A DNA stretch of 64,000 nucleotides from Octopus vulgaris (GCA_951406725.2 OX597836.1:37076001-37140000); one strand, 5' to 3'; shown: positions 38,918 through 53,914, numbered from the stretch's first letter. Numbers and translations: made by a program. Notes: generated by a model not told the origin, from the sequence alone.

Positions 38918-40200
38918 TTGGGCTGGCAATTAAGGTTCCGCCGTTTGTGTTAATTTTAGACTTTATTGCGTTTTTAAATTTTGGAATGTATTTTTTTCGA
39001 GAATTCAATTTCATTTTGGAATCTATTTTGTATTTTTTCTAGTTAATTTTAGTTAATTTTTGTTTATTTTCAGGTCATTAAAGTGGAATGTCAAGTTAAG
39101 AAAAACGAGCATTTTTGACACCACCTTTTTGCTTTTACTCAAGGTTCTAAGGCGAAAAAAGCTGCTCGCGACATTTGTGTTGTGTATGGAGAGGGTGCCA
39201 TAGCTGAAAGAACCGCTCGTTATTAGTATTCCAAGTTCAAAAATAGAAATTTTGACTTCAAAGACGCACCTAGTTCTGGCCGTCCAGTTGAGTTCGATGA
39301 AGAGCGAGTAAACTAACTTTTGCAAGAAAATTCATGTCAAACGACAAGGGAACTGGCAGAGAAAATGGAATTCTCCCACACTGCTAAAGACAAGCATCTT
39401 CACTCGATGGGAAAGGTTCAGAAGTATGGAGCATGGATTCCGCATGCTTTAAGTGACAAAAACACAAATCAACGAACCACTATCTCCGCTGGTTTTGTTG
39501 CTCGTCACCGCTCAACTAATCGACACAAACAACTATTTCTTTACCGAATCATTACTGGCGACGAAGAATGGTGCTTGTACATCAATATGAAGCAGCGTAA
39601 GGAATGGCTTAGCTCCGGTAAACAAGCGATACCGCGCGTGAAACAAGATCTTCATCCGCGTAAAACGATGTTGTGCGTATGGTGGGACTGGGAAGGAATT
39701 ATTCATTACTAATTGCTTGAACGGAACCAAACGGACAACGCGTAACTCTATGTTCAAAAGATGGAACAACTCAACATCGCTATTCAAGAGAAAAGTCCTA
39801 ATCGTCAGCATGGAGTTCTTCTTCTGCTGCACGACAACGTCCGCCCTCATACCGCCAATATGACCAAGGAAGATATTCAAACGCATGGCTGGTAAGTGCT
39901 GCCATACACGCCCTACTCTCCTGATTTGCGACCGACCGATTTCCACCTCTTTCGACCTCTTTCAAATGCTATGCTCGGAGTTTCGTTCAATACTTATTGA
40001 GAGCTTGGTTGGATCAATTTTTCGAGTCGAAATCAGGTGATTTCTACCAACGAGGTATTGAAAATCTTGTTGAACGTTGGGAAGAAGTTGTAAACAACAA
40101 GAGTGAATACATTATTGATCAATTAGTCGTCAATTTTGATTAAACCTTTTAAAAAGTTTAAATTAAAAAAAAAACGGCGGGAACTTTGTTGCCAACCCAT
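38918..40200 (+). mobile_element. Full-length mariner transposon (1283 bp; TIR resembles the mellifera subfamily)
   Basis: TA|ttgggctggcaattaaggttccgccgttt ... aaacggcgggaactttgttgccaacccat|TA. Confidence 0.95.
39083..40122 (+). pseudogene. Mariner DD34D transposase, inactivated by stops and frameshifts
   Basis: Motifs GRPVEFD, WIPHAL, RIITGDEEW, MLCVWWD, HDNVRPH, PYSPDLRPTDFHLF, RWEEVVNNKSEYIID. Confidence 0.93.
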
Positions 40201-40222
40201 TATAGAGATATATACCTACACA

Positions 40223-40278
<56 letters not shown>

Positions 40279-40301
40279 AACACACACACACACACACACA
40301 C

Positions 40302-40365
<64 letters not shown>

Positions 40366-41123
40366 ATATTGATTGATTATGCCTTCACCAATAGGGTTGT
40401 GACTCTCATACTGTGAGGCACTAAGTGCCGAAAGGGACTCCGTTCTCCTAATGATGTCAGGTAAACATTTTCTGCGCCCAATTGCATGGTCCCACGGGGA
40501 TAATGAATATCATCGATCACGCGTACGAGTATTATGTGTGATGTGTGTGTGTGTGTGTCCGTTTGTGTGTGTATGCATGTCTGAATGTGTTAAAGATCTA
40601 GTATAAATAAGTATATTTATTAAAGCATTACGAATAGCAAAATCCAAAACAAAAAAACGAATATCAAAATCCAAACAAACGTTAAACATACATATGCATC
40701 CCAGCTAAAATTTATGTCATGAAATCCATCAGGATTTATAATTTACGTAATATTGAATCCGACTTTGATAATTTTATCTCTTACAACATAAATCCTCAAT
40801 GTGTTGTGTGGCTGAATGCTAGAGGAGTGGATTACACGTTATTGAAACAGTCGAATGTGAAAACGAGTGTGACACGACCTCGGCAGTTTGTCTCATTTAT
40901 TTGGTCAGATTAATTCAGAAATGTTGCTCTTCGAAAACAAACACAGAATGATAAGATGTCAAAAGCTCAGACGAGTAAAAGGATGGTGCTGCGCTATCTT
41001 TTAAATTTAACATGTTTCAAAGAAAGGTTTAACTTTGCCTTTCTCTCTATTTCTCGCTCTCTATCTCTCTCTTTCCCTCAATCTTTTTCAATATTCTTAC
41101 ACATGTATACACATATATACACA

Positions 41124-41154
<31 letters not shown>

Positions 41155-41155
<1 letters not shown>

Positions 41156-41245
41156 ATAAACAAGGGCAAAAGAAAATTATTTTTATAAGTTGTTTATAAT
41201 TTTAACCTTTAAAGGTATTTTAATATGCTACCACATTTTTAGATA
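41155..41245 (+). repeat. Hairpin-less relative of the 23119-23480 element
   Basis: tataaacaagggcaaaagaaa joined directly to tttataagttgtt...ttttaatatgct. Confidence 0.65.
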
Positions 41246-41366
41246 GATAGAAAGATAGATACATACAGACATACATACATACATACATACATTCATACAT
41301 ACATTCATACACACATTCATACATACATACATACATACATACATTCATACATACATTCATACATAT

Positions 41367-41397
<31 letters not shown>

Positions 41398-42199
41398 CAT
41401 ACATACATACATACATACACACATACATACATACATACACACATACATACATACATACATACATACATATGGCCATCGGTAACACTGGCAGTCAATACGG
41501 TGTTGATCCAACCTTAGGCTTGATGACAGCCTCCACTCTCGCAAGTATATTTTCAATCAGTGTTGTGGAAGGTTTCCTGAAGTATGGTAGCCCACTCTTC
41601 GCGCGACGCTGAAATGAGGAGATACTAAATAAAATTACATGTTAACCAAGATTGTATATACAATGAATCTGGGCGCTTAATTGTTCATAAACGCCTCCAC
41701 GTGAAGATTTACAGTTAAGTAGGAGTGGAATAATATATGTAGGTTTTCAGATAAGGATGAAAGAAAATCTTTAATGTAGCACATCAAAAATCTAAGTTAA
41801 TAATTACAGCACGTCGTGTAGACATCTTGACCCCCAAGGCAACTTTAATCGTAACTAGAAATGGACATAGTTTAAAACTGAAGTGCATTTTACAAAGTTA
41901 TTATTTTTAATTTTATAGATTAATGATATGGAGTATATAGTGACGTGCGAATCATATGTTTTGTGTATAGCATTCTTTAATAAAACACCGCTAAACAATA
42001 TATCAAACAATGTTTCCTAAACTAACCAACAAGATCGAATCCACGTGGTCGATTCTTACGTTTAGAATGAGCCAAAAATTCTTCAAGTCAAACCATACCA
42101 TTTTGTTAATACTTTCACTAAGGACTGACCACAAGCGTACTGACTTCTTTGCTCCATTTTCCTACCGTTACTAAAGTGGATTCAAATACTCGGAGCAGA

Positions 42200-42699
42200 T
42201 GTTAGTTAGTTAGTTAATTTGGCTCAAAAGCAAATAGCAAGGCCATGTAGGGGGACATGGAGTTAAGTACAGGGTGGTGTTCATGTAAAGAGTTCAGGCC
42301 ACTTGAGGTCCAGGGAGGCTTTGAACAAAGCGGTCGTCGGCATCTTCACCATCTCGTCTGGCAGCTTGTTCCACGGATCCGCAACCCGGACGGAGAAAGC
42401 TCCTCTCCTTCGATTGAGATGAAATCGTCGCAGGTAGAGCTTTTCGGAATGACCCCGCAGCCGACGCTCCGGAGCAGGAGTGAAGAACAGCTCTTTCGAG
42501 AGGTTACACTTCCCGCTTATGATATTGTGGGCGAGAATGAGATCACCACGGCGGCGGCGTTTTTCAAGAGAATAAAGGTCGAGCGTCCTCAGCCTTTCTT
42601 CGTAGGACAAATTTTTGAGACCATGAACCATGCGGGTAGCCAGCCTCTGGACTCTTTCGAGGTGCTGTATGTCTTTGAGGAGATAAGGAGAAGAGGCTT
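42200..42699 (-). mobile_element. 5'-truncated CR1-clade LINE 3' end with (CTAA)n tail
   Basis: Uninterrupted SPYLLKDIQHLERVQRLATRMVHGLKNLSYEERLRTLDLYSLEKRRRRGDLI...LRGH...FSVRVADPWNKLP; tail gttagttagttag. Confidence 0.93.
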
Positions 42700-42757
42700 A
42701 TCTCGTGTTAACCCTACAAACCTTCAAACGAACAATAGAATGGTGTCCGTCTCTTAG

Positions 42758-43120
42758 TGGAGGCGCAATGGCCCAGTGGTTAGGGCAGCGGACTCGTGGT
42801 CGTAGGATCGCGGTTTCGATTCCCAGACCGGGCATTGTGGGTGTTTATTGAGCGAAAACACCTAAAACTTCACGAGGCTCCTGCAGGGGATGGTGGTGAA
42901 CCCTGCTGTACTCTTTCACCACAACTTTCTCTCACTCTTTCTTCCTGTTTCTGTTGTACCTGTATTTCAAAGGGCCAGCCTTGTCACACTCTGTGTCACG
43001 CTGAATCTCCTCGAGAACTACATTAAGGGTACACGTGTCTGTGGAGTGATCAGCCACTTGCACGTTAATTCCACGAGCAAGCTGTTCCGTTGATCGTATC
43101 AGCTTCCGACGGAGTGCTCC
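42758..43120 (+). mobile_element. tRNA-derived SINE (tail type 1)
   Basis: Near-identical to 51138-51515. Confidence 0.92.
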
Positions 43121-43443
43121 TATAACATGTCTGTCTCAACACTTATCTGTTCAAAATATATATCAAGCAAAGGTTGGACAAATGTACAGTAGCAGCCATG
43201 AGCACGACCCTTCACATGGACCAAGTCATATGAATTGTGAAATCCTTTTCTTCTACCTACTCCACGTTATTCTACAGAGGTGTGTTTCTTACCAACACAG
43301 TTGAACGTTGTTAAATATTCGTAATTAAGCAAGAAAGATATAATGGCGTCAGTTATTTTCATACACAAATAGTTATTAAACGCACATTGTATACTCTCTC
43401 CTTACTTTCGCTTATATCGTACTCAAGTTTAATTACTCAGATG

Positions 43444-43790
43444 CATTGGAGCGAGCGGCAATGCTGATTTCAAAAATTGTTACCTTCCCTTTCATTAAAG
43501 TCCATAAAACTGTTGCCAGCTGAAAATCTGAATCACTTATCGATATATTCCGGTCATTCTGATAAATAGATTAGAATTATAATTAACATGAGAAAACAAC
43601 AAATGAAGACCTCGGCGCAAAGAATGAGTCTACATAATATAAAACCAGTTTGATCCTATCTGATTGGACTTCTTCCTCTATCGGGCACCCTTGTCATCGA
43701 CTTCCATATTAGAATACTACCATCTTTCGAGGACTACTTTACCACAGAAGTTTACCCTCAATTCAACTATTTGGACTACCACTGTTACCA
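43444..43790 (+). repeat. Left arm of a ~340-bp inverted repeat (partner 46826-47168)
   Basis: For example gagcggcaatgctgatttcaaaaattgttaccttccc versus gggaaggtaacaatttttgaaatcagcattgccgctc. Confidence 0.92.
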
Positions 43791-44234
43791 CTTCCTCTAT
43801 CTGATTTGAAAAACGTGAAATTATGAGCGTTCTAGCTATGAACACCTCATAAAATATTATACATCATTGCGTGATATAGAGTAAAATTTTACAACTGTTC
43901 TTATGAAATTGACCGCATATATAGTGACCACCCGTTGTTCTCTAATTATTAAACCAATCTCTAGCATTATTATATAATTCAATATATCTATCTCTGAAAG
44001 ATAGGAGATATATCGGGACACAGTTTTCACCTGGAAGCCATAATATCGAAATTAAGATAAAGGATTGACATTCTGATTCGAAATCAGAATAGCCGTTCCA
44101 TCCCGGCCCAAACCTTATAATTAAATGCAAACATGACATTGCTTATACACATGCATATACATAAGTACATGTATGTTTATACAAACACACACAAACACAC
44201 ACACACACACACGCACACACATATATATATATGC

Positions 44235-44522
44235 GGAGGCACATGGCCTAGTGGTAAGAGCGGCGTACTCCCGGTCGAGAGATCGCGAGTTCGAATCTCA
44301 GAACGGGCGATGTGTGTGTTTATGAGCGAAAGACCTAAGCTCCACGCGGCTCCGGCAGAAGTTAATGGCGAATTTCTGTTGAATCTTTCACGACAACCTT
44401 CTCTCACTCTTTCTTCCTGCATCTTACACCTCACCTGCGATGAACGGGCGTCCCGTCTAGGGACATATACGACAAGGAAACCGGGAAACCAGCCCTTATG
44501 AGCCAGGCATGGCTCGAAAAGG

Positions 44523-44527
<5 letters not shown>
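44235..44527 (+). mobile_element. tRNA-derived SINE (tail type 2)
   Basis: ggaggcacatggcctagtggtaagagcg...gagttcgaatctc; tail shared with 24187. Confidence 0.85.
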
Positions 44528-44574
<47 letters not shown>

Positions 44575-44577
<3 letters not shown>

Positions 44578-45120
44578 TTCAGAAACAATTTAGATTCAAA
44601 TGAATATGGCACTTAATTTAGATGCACAAAATTTTTTTATGGTGTTACCCATAAAAATATGCGGGGTGATTATAGTCAAAAATAAGCAACAAGAATGAAT
44701 CCGGTAATTTAGTACAATTGTTTCATACTACAACATTTCATTAAAAGCTGTAAATATTAAAGCAGATTTAAGATGCCGAGTAATCTTCAGCTAATTTTAT
44801 ATAGGTTTTCCAATAATATAAAAGTTTTCAAATCAATTAATAACATCTTAGGGAAGGTCAATATACAGATAATGATGTAGATATGAACCTCAGGAACATG
44901 AGATAGTGTAGATTCATATCTACATCTTTATCTGTATATTTACCTTCCCTAAGATGTTATTAATTGATCTGAGAACTTTATATTATTGGAAAACCTATAT
45001 AAAATTAGATGAAGATAACTCGGCATCTTAAATCTGCTGTAATATTTACAGCTTTTAATGAAATGTTGTAGTATGAAACAATTGTACTAAATTACCGGAT
45101 CCATTCTTGTTGCTTATTTT

Positions 45121-45123
<3 letters not shown>
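44575..45123. mobile_element. Fold-back element in (TA)n: ~212-bp arms, 25-bp loop, HHR in each arm
   Basis: 44676-44887 is the reverse complement of 44913-45123; bounded by pure (TA)n on both sides. Confidence 0.9.
44709..44794 (-). ncRNA. Type-I hammerhead with long stem II (mirror copy 45005-45090 has C3>A)
   Basis: ttag-CTGAAGA-t tactcggcat...atgttgtagta t-GAAA-caattg-TA-ctaa; palindromic stem III acaattgt. Confidence 0.65.
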
Positions 45124-45191
<68 letters not shown>

Positions 45192-45382
45192 CCCAAGAAA
45201 GTTAGGGGTTGAGAATCCAACCCACTAAGGGATAATATCTATCCAATATACTGCTGGTAGAATACACAATTATTAATACATAAGTGTTCTTTATTGCATT
45301 GCGATTATATTACCTAGTGTACTAAATGGGGGAAGGTAAAGAGATATTTTACCATTAATTCATATAGCAAATTTTACTATAT

Positions 45383-45434
<52 letters not shown>

Positions 45435-46043
45435 GATACGAGTAGCGATCACAGGATTCGAGGAAGAGAAGCATCTTGGCGTGGTGATTAATATACACGA
45501 GAGGACAATCACCTTTATGAGTGAGTGTGTATATGTGCGCGCGTGTATTTGTTTGTTTGTTTGTCTGTGTGTGTACGTGCGTATGCGTGCGACTCAAAAG
45601 TTGGTCGCAGCTGCAACGTTGACCAGCAAAGACTTGTTCAGGTGGTTTTAAATATTAACTGAAAGAAGGTAAAGAAAACCAGAAATTATGTCTTAGACGC
45701 GAATCGGAAATTATAAAAGATAATTAAAAATGAGAATTAATAGCCTGTAAAATGAAAATTCTTTGGGGAGCACACTGAAATTTTACCATATAATTAAATT
45801 TTCTTATTATTATAGTTATTATGCACTCAGAAAATATTTCTTGAATGTTATCTGGAGGACATTTCTTTATTTTTATTCTTTCAAACAGGCAAGTGAAAAT
45901 TCCACGAATCTTAGAATTGGTTAACCCTTCCTTCATTTTATTGCAAATAGAAAGGTACGACAGACTTTTCTCATTATTCTACACCTTTAAATCCGGAGCA
46001 TAACTTGAAAAACACATTGTGACATATGTTAATTACATCACTA

Positions 46044-46108
<65 letters not shown>

Positions 46109-46113
46109 GTATA

Positions 46114-46153
<40 letters not shown>

Positions 46154-46224
46154 CCATACATACACAGACATACACATACGTGTATATATATGCTTATATA
46201 TATAAGGGAAGTCATCCTTCCCGT

Positions 46225-46268
<44 letters not shown>

Positions 46269-46460
46269 TATACTAAGATATAAAGATATATATGTAAATT
46301 TATACCTATATATGTGGGTGTACGTTCTATCTCTGTGTGTCTGTGTGTGCCTGTGTCTCTGTGTGTATCTGTCTGTGCGTGTGTCTTTGTGTGTGTGTGC
46401 GTTTGTGTGTTTTTGTGTGTGTGTGTGTGCGTTTGTGTGTGTGTGTGTGCGTGTGTGTGT

Positions 46461-46492
<32 letters not shown>

Positions 46493-46825
46493 TTGAGTGT
46501 GTGTGTGTGTCTTCTGTGAACATTTCTCAGTAAGATATTGATTAATGGAATAGGCACCAACCCAAACATTTTGGGAATAAAACTGAATACAATTGATTTT
46601 TTTTCGCACTGCACTACTATCTTTCGATTATACCGTACTCAAGTTTAATTACTCAGATGCGCCATCTTCCCGAAAATATACAGCTAAGCTAGCGTGGATC
46701 ATATAATGATGAGCATGAAAAATCATAATAGAACAGAAAGCTTCGTCAATTACACGTTGACCAATTTTTGTTAAGTACAAACCCACGACAGACTAGGCTA
46801 AGGCACAGTAAGTTGGTAAAGCAAG

Positions 46826-47168
46826 TAGGGTAACAGAAGTCCAAATAGAGTTCTAGTTGAAATGAGGGTACATTTCTGTGTACCTCGAAAGATGGTAGTC
46901 TAATAAGGAAGTCGATGACAAGGGTGCCCGATAGAGGAAGAAGTCCAATCAGATAGGATCAAACTGGTTTTATATTATGTAGACGCATTCTTTGCGCCGA
47001 GGTCTTCATTTGTTGTTTTCTCATGTTAATTATAATTCTGATCTATTTATCAGAATGACCGGAATATATCGATAAGTGATTCAGATTTTCACCTGGCAAC
47101 AGTTTTATGGACTTTAATGAAAGGGAAGGTAACAATTTTTGAAATCAGCATTGCCGCTCACTCCAGTG
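46826..47168 (-). repeat. Right arm of the inverted repeat (partner 43444-43790)
   Basis: Reverse complement match. Confidence 0.92.
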
Positions 47169-47389
47169 AATTTGTTATTCGGTATCAAAGTGAATTAAAA
47201 AAATATTTGATATATATACACTTTATGTTTTAGAAAACTCTGAGTAACAGCTTTTGTTATACTTCTGCTGCTTTTAAATAAAGCATATTACTCTAACTCT
47301 AATATTTGAGTACTCTTAGTTAACTTATATGTTTCGGCCAAAGGTGGGTCTATGGCATGTCTATAACAATACTTGCACGCATACACACA

Positions 47390-47443
<54 letters not shown>

Positions 47444-48100
47444 CGCTCTCACACTCTTTCTTTCTTGCTCTCTCACACACGACGGTTTCGTCGTATGAAT
47501 ATCCGACAATCTACTCCTATTAATCTATATATGGAGCCGAACTAGTGACAGCTGATGAAGGGGATTTTTCCTTGTGTAGTATGTCCTGTACTCTGTTTTT
47601 TCTGTTGTAAAAAAACGGTTTTTCCGTTTTCGTTTCTCGTTGAGTTCTACGTCTAGTTGTGGTGTCCTGTACTCACGTGTATATATATTTATATATGCAT
47701 GTATATATACATGTAGATGTAGGTACGTACATATGTTTGTATGTATGCATACATTTTATTTATTACACTATATATATATATATATATATCGTGATCAGAT
47801 CTAGTTACACATCGCTGGTCACTGTGCTCATTGCATCATTTTCCCTTTTGCATTCATGACTCCATCCCGCTAGCTAGTCGAACAAGCGAACCTACTGATC
47901 GAAATGATAAACGGAGTAGCGTAAAACGAATTGCTTTGCTCAGAACACCATACGCTGTCCGGTGGTGGGAATCGAACTCACGATCTAGCGACGGTGAGTG
48001 TGCCGGGCTAAAAACACACACATCCTTGCGTGTAGTCTCATATCCTAATTATATCAATATGCTTAACGCACAAACATGCATACATGCATATATACATACA

Positions 48101-48133
<33 letters not shown>

Positions 48134-48134
48134 C

Positions 48135-48426
48135 ACGAGATCACGTGACCGACCAGGCTATCAGATGTTGCTACACATTGCTGGTCACAATGCGCTTCGC
48201 TTTTTTTTAGCCTTCAATTGAAGCGAGCAAACCAACAGAAGAAAGAGTGAGAGAAAGTTGTGGCGAAAGAGTACAGCAGGGATCATCACCAAACACTGCC
48301 GGAGCCTTGTGAAACTTTTTAGGTGTTTTCACTCAATAAACACTCACAACGCCCGGTCTGGGAATCGAAACCGTGATCCTACGACCGCGAGTCCGCTGCC
48401 CTAACCACTGAGCCATTGCGCCTCCA
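48135..48426 (-). mobile_element. tRNA-derived SINE (same head, tail type 3)
   Basis: Head is the reverse complement of 51138; different tail atcacgtgaccgaccaggctatcagatgttgctacac. Confidence 0.85.
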
Positions 48427-48454
48427 CAGACACACACACACACACATACACACA

Positions 48455-49952
<1,498 letters not shown>

Positions 49953-49960
<8 letters not shown>

Positions 49961-50155
49961 ATGATACATTACTCGGTAGTCAAGATAAAACTCTGAGTTT
50001 CAGATGCCGAAGTGGAAATCCACAACACCATCTCTTCGGTTAACTCAGAGTTTTATCTTGACTACCGAGTAATGTAACATATTGTATAGATATTTCCTCT
50101 ATTTGCATAATATTGAGGTCTCTTTCTTTCTTTTGTTATCTTACTGTTTTATCAA
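49953..50155. mobile_element. Fold-back element with the HHR core in the loop, embedded in (TA)n
   Basis: Arms 49953-49999 and 50042-50088; loop holds (minus strand) CCGAAGA-gatg...catc-t-GAAA; same family as 1901-2070. Confidence 0.8.
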
Positions 50156-50199
50156 TATATATATATATATATGTATGTATATGTATGTATATGTATGTA

Positions 50200-50258
<59 letters not shown>

Positions 50259-50770
50259 ATATATATGTATATATATGTACATATATATGTATATATATGT
50301 ATATATATGTACATATATATGTATATATATGTATATATATATATATGTATATATATGTATATATATATATATGTACATATATATATATGTATATATATAT
50401 GTATATATATGTTTATATATATGTATATATATATATATGTATGTATGTATATGTATATATATGTATATATATATATATGTATGTATGTATATGTATATAT
50501 ATGTATATATATATATACGTGTGTATGTATATGTATATATATGTATATATATATGTATATATACGTGTGTATGTATATGTATATTATATATATATGTATG
50601 TATGTATATGTATATATATGTATATATGTATGTATATATATGTATATATGTATATATATATATGTATATATATGTATATACATATGTATATATATATGTA
50701 TATACACATGTATATATATATATGTATATATATGTATATATATGTATATATATAGGTATATATATATGTA

Positions 50771-50812
<42 letters not shown>
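50156..50812. repeat. (TA)n/(TATG)n microsatellite
   Basis: Direct reading. Confidence 0.97.
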
Positions 50813-50817
<5 letters not shown>

Positions 50818-51043
50818 AATGTATGTATGTTCATATGCACAGACATATGTGTGTGAGTATTCAGACGCATTTGTGTATTTTTAAACGTGTACATCTACAA
50901 TGACACAGAGATGAGGAGGGAAGGAAGTAAAGTGAGCTAAGTAGATAGACAGGCACAGACGTGGACAAAGAAAGAGAATAGGGTTGTCGCGATACGTCAT
51001 ATGTTTCCACAGGTTACGTATAGTTACGTATAGTTACTGAGAC

Positions 51044-51137
<94 letters not shown>

Positions 51138-51138
<1 letters not shown>

Positions 51139-51515
51139 GAGGCGCAATGGCCCAGTGGTTAGGGCAGCGGACTCGCGGTCATAGGATCGCGGTTTCGATT
51201 CCCAGACCGGGCGTTGTGAGTGTTTATTGAGCGAAAACACCTAAAGCTCCACGAAGCTCCGGCAGGGAATGGTGGTGATCCCTGCTGTACTCTTTCACCA
51301 CAACTCTCTCTCACCCTTACTTCCTGTTTCTGTTGTACCTGTATTTCAAGGGGCCGGCCTTGTCACTCTCTGTGTCACGCTGAATATCCCCGAGAACTAC
51401 GTTAAGGGTGCACGTGTCTGTGGAGTGCTCAGCCACTTACACGTTAATTTCACGAGCAAGCTGTTCCGTTGATTCGGATCAACCGGAACCCTCATCGTCG
51501 TAACCGACGGAGTCG
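51138..51515 (+). mobile_element. tRNA-derived SINE (tail type 1) in (TA)n
   Basis: A-box-like tggcccagtggttagg and B-box-like ggtttcgattccc. Confidence 0.92.
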
Positions 51516-51969
51516 TTCCACCTATATATATATATGTTTATTGAGAATATCAATTACCAGCTTACTCAGACTGGTATGTTATTATTTTTGCTTATATGAA
51601 GATTATTTCATCTATCAGTTTTATCAAGGATACAGACACTGGCATTGAACACAAAATTCTGATAGCTGAGACAGACAAGATTTGCTTATTCAAACAATTT
51701 CAAGTCTCCGGTTTAGAAATAACAGATAATTATATATACACATGTATATAGTTTAAATTATGGCTGTCAGAGAATGCAATTTCCATGTCTGATATTAACT
51801 GAAATTATTGTTGAATATAGCTGTGGGTATTGAGTTTGTTCAAGAAATTAATGATAATGGGCAAACATACTAATATATACGTATTGTGAATAAAGTTAAT
51901 AATACGTATCATATAGTTCCATATTTCCCTCTATCATGATGGAACTAAATTATAGGTGACATGTGTGTG

Positions 51970-52001
<32 letters not shown>

Positions 52002-52053
52002 AATATACATACATGCATGTGTATGTATGTATTATATATATATAAATGCCTAA

Positions 52054-52117
<64 letters not shown>

Positions 52118-52126
52118 GCCTAATTT

Positions 52127-52157
<31 letters not shown>

Positions 52158-53398
52158 GTATATATACATATATATCTCCAAATAAGTATTATATGAATTT
52201 ATATATATATATATATGTATATATGTATATGCATATATATGTGTGTGGGTGTGCATACGTATATGTGTGATGTGTGTTTGTGTGTATATGTGTTTTGTAT
52301 GTGTGCGTGCGCGCTATGTATAAGTTGGTGTTGAGAAAAAAATGAATTATCTGTTTTTATGAGACTCATAAACAATTCTTTGATATTATTGGTTTCAAAT
52401 GGACCAATAACTCTCTAGAACTTGCATAATGAGAATAACTTTTTAAGGGACCATTATCTCCGTAATTATCCCCTTCTGGTTGAATGTATTCTGTTACCAT
52501 AATTTCGGCGAATGACCTTATTTTTCCTACGATTAATAGACCAAGTTGAATATATGCAATTTGCTTGTGATTAAATCGTTTATAACCGTGATAAGCAAGA
52601 ATGCAAATCTAGAAATATTAGCAGTAAAAATTACGAATATTATATCTATTGAATTAATAGTTATATAAAAGACATAGGATAGATGGCAAAGTGGAACGAT
52701 GACTGACTGCCTACTTTATAAGTGGCTATTTCTCGTGAGAGACGTTAAGTTATTGTAATGAGAAACATTACGGCAATTGCTTCAGACTAGTGTTAAAATA
52801 AGCAACAATTGGGAATTATTATCGTGGAATCTAACCAAGTCAATATAGAGGAATATCTCTTAAGGGGAACTAGAATAGCACTATATAATGCTGTTCGAAA
52901 CACTGTTATTAAATAGCATTACTATTACTATTTTTATTACATTTGAAATGTAGGCAACGCCATTTAACAGGAAAACAATTTGATTTTCTTAGACGAATTT
53001 ATGTAAAAGAAATCGTTTAAAAATCCCCGAAGATTTCATTGTTTGCTATAGGACATGATATTCAATAAATACCATTCAAATTTTTTAAGTAAATCTGTTT
53101 TTAAGCTTCATTTGACGTCAGTCTGATTAATGAAATTATAATATCCATTTCAGTGACGTAATATAGTATTACGTGCATATTAGAAAGGAAAAAACAACTT
53201 TTAACGACTTTTCAATTAAATAGATATTCCAATTTTATATTTGATAACGTCTCGATGTTTTTTATTATATATGAATGCCGGATTAACAAAGTTGATAAAT
53301 CGTCTGATATCTTTTCAGACGGCTGTTTCTGTTGCAAGTTCCCGTAACTTTAGTCAACTCTGTTTTCATCTTTCCAGAGTAATAGTTGTGTGTAAGTG

Positions 53399-53441
<43 letters not shown>

Positions 53442-53456
53442 CTATATTATATATAT

Positions 53457-53865
53457 AGGTGTAGGAGTGACTGTGCGGTAAGTAGCTTGCTTACCAACCA
53501 CATGGTTTCGGGTTCAGTCCCACTGCGTGGCACCTTGGTCAACCGTCTTCTACTATAGCCCCGGGCCGACCAAAGCCTTGTGAGTGGATTTGGTAGACGG
53601 AAACTGAAAGAAGCCCGTCGTATATATGTATATATATATTTTTTTGTGTGTGTATATGTTTGTGTGTCTCTGTTTGTCCCCCAACATTGCTTGACAACCG
53701 ATGCTGGTGTGTTTACGACGCCGTAACTTAGTGGTTCGGCAAAAGAGACCGATAGAATAAGTACTAGGCTTACAAAGAATAACTCCTGGAGTCGATTTGC
53801 TCGACTAAAGGCGGTGCTCCAGCATGGCCACAGTCAAATGACTGAAACAAGTAAAAGAGTAAAGA

Positions 53866-53868
<3 letters not shown>
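53457..53868 (+). mobile_element. CORE-like SINE
   Basis: Full-length match to 33420-33875. Confidence 0.9.

Positions 53869-53914
<46 letters not shown>

Noticed and set aside
42257-42757. 166-aa plus-strand ORF
   Set aside because: Antisense shadow of the CR1 ORF2 C-terminus
47500-47570. ggagccgaactagtgacagctgatgaaggg as a hammerhead
   Set aside because: Elements are out of order or incomplete; no consistent three-stem fold found by eye
51138-51212. tRNA genes at SINE heads
   Set aside because: No clean cloverleaf acceptor stem, and each continues into a SINE body
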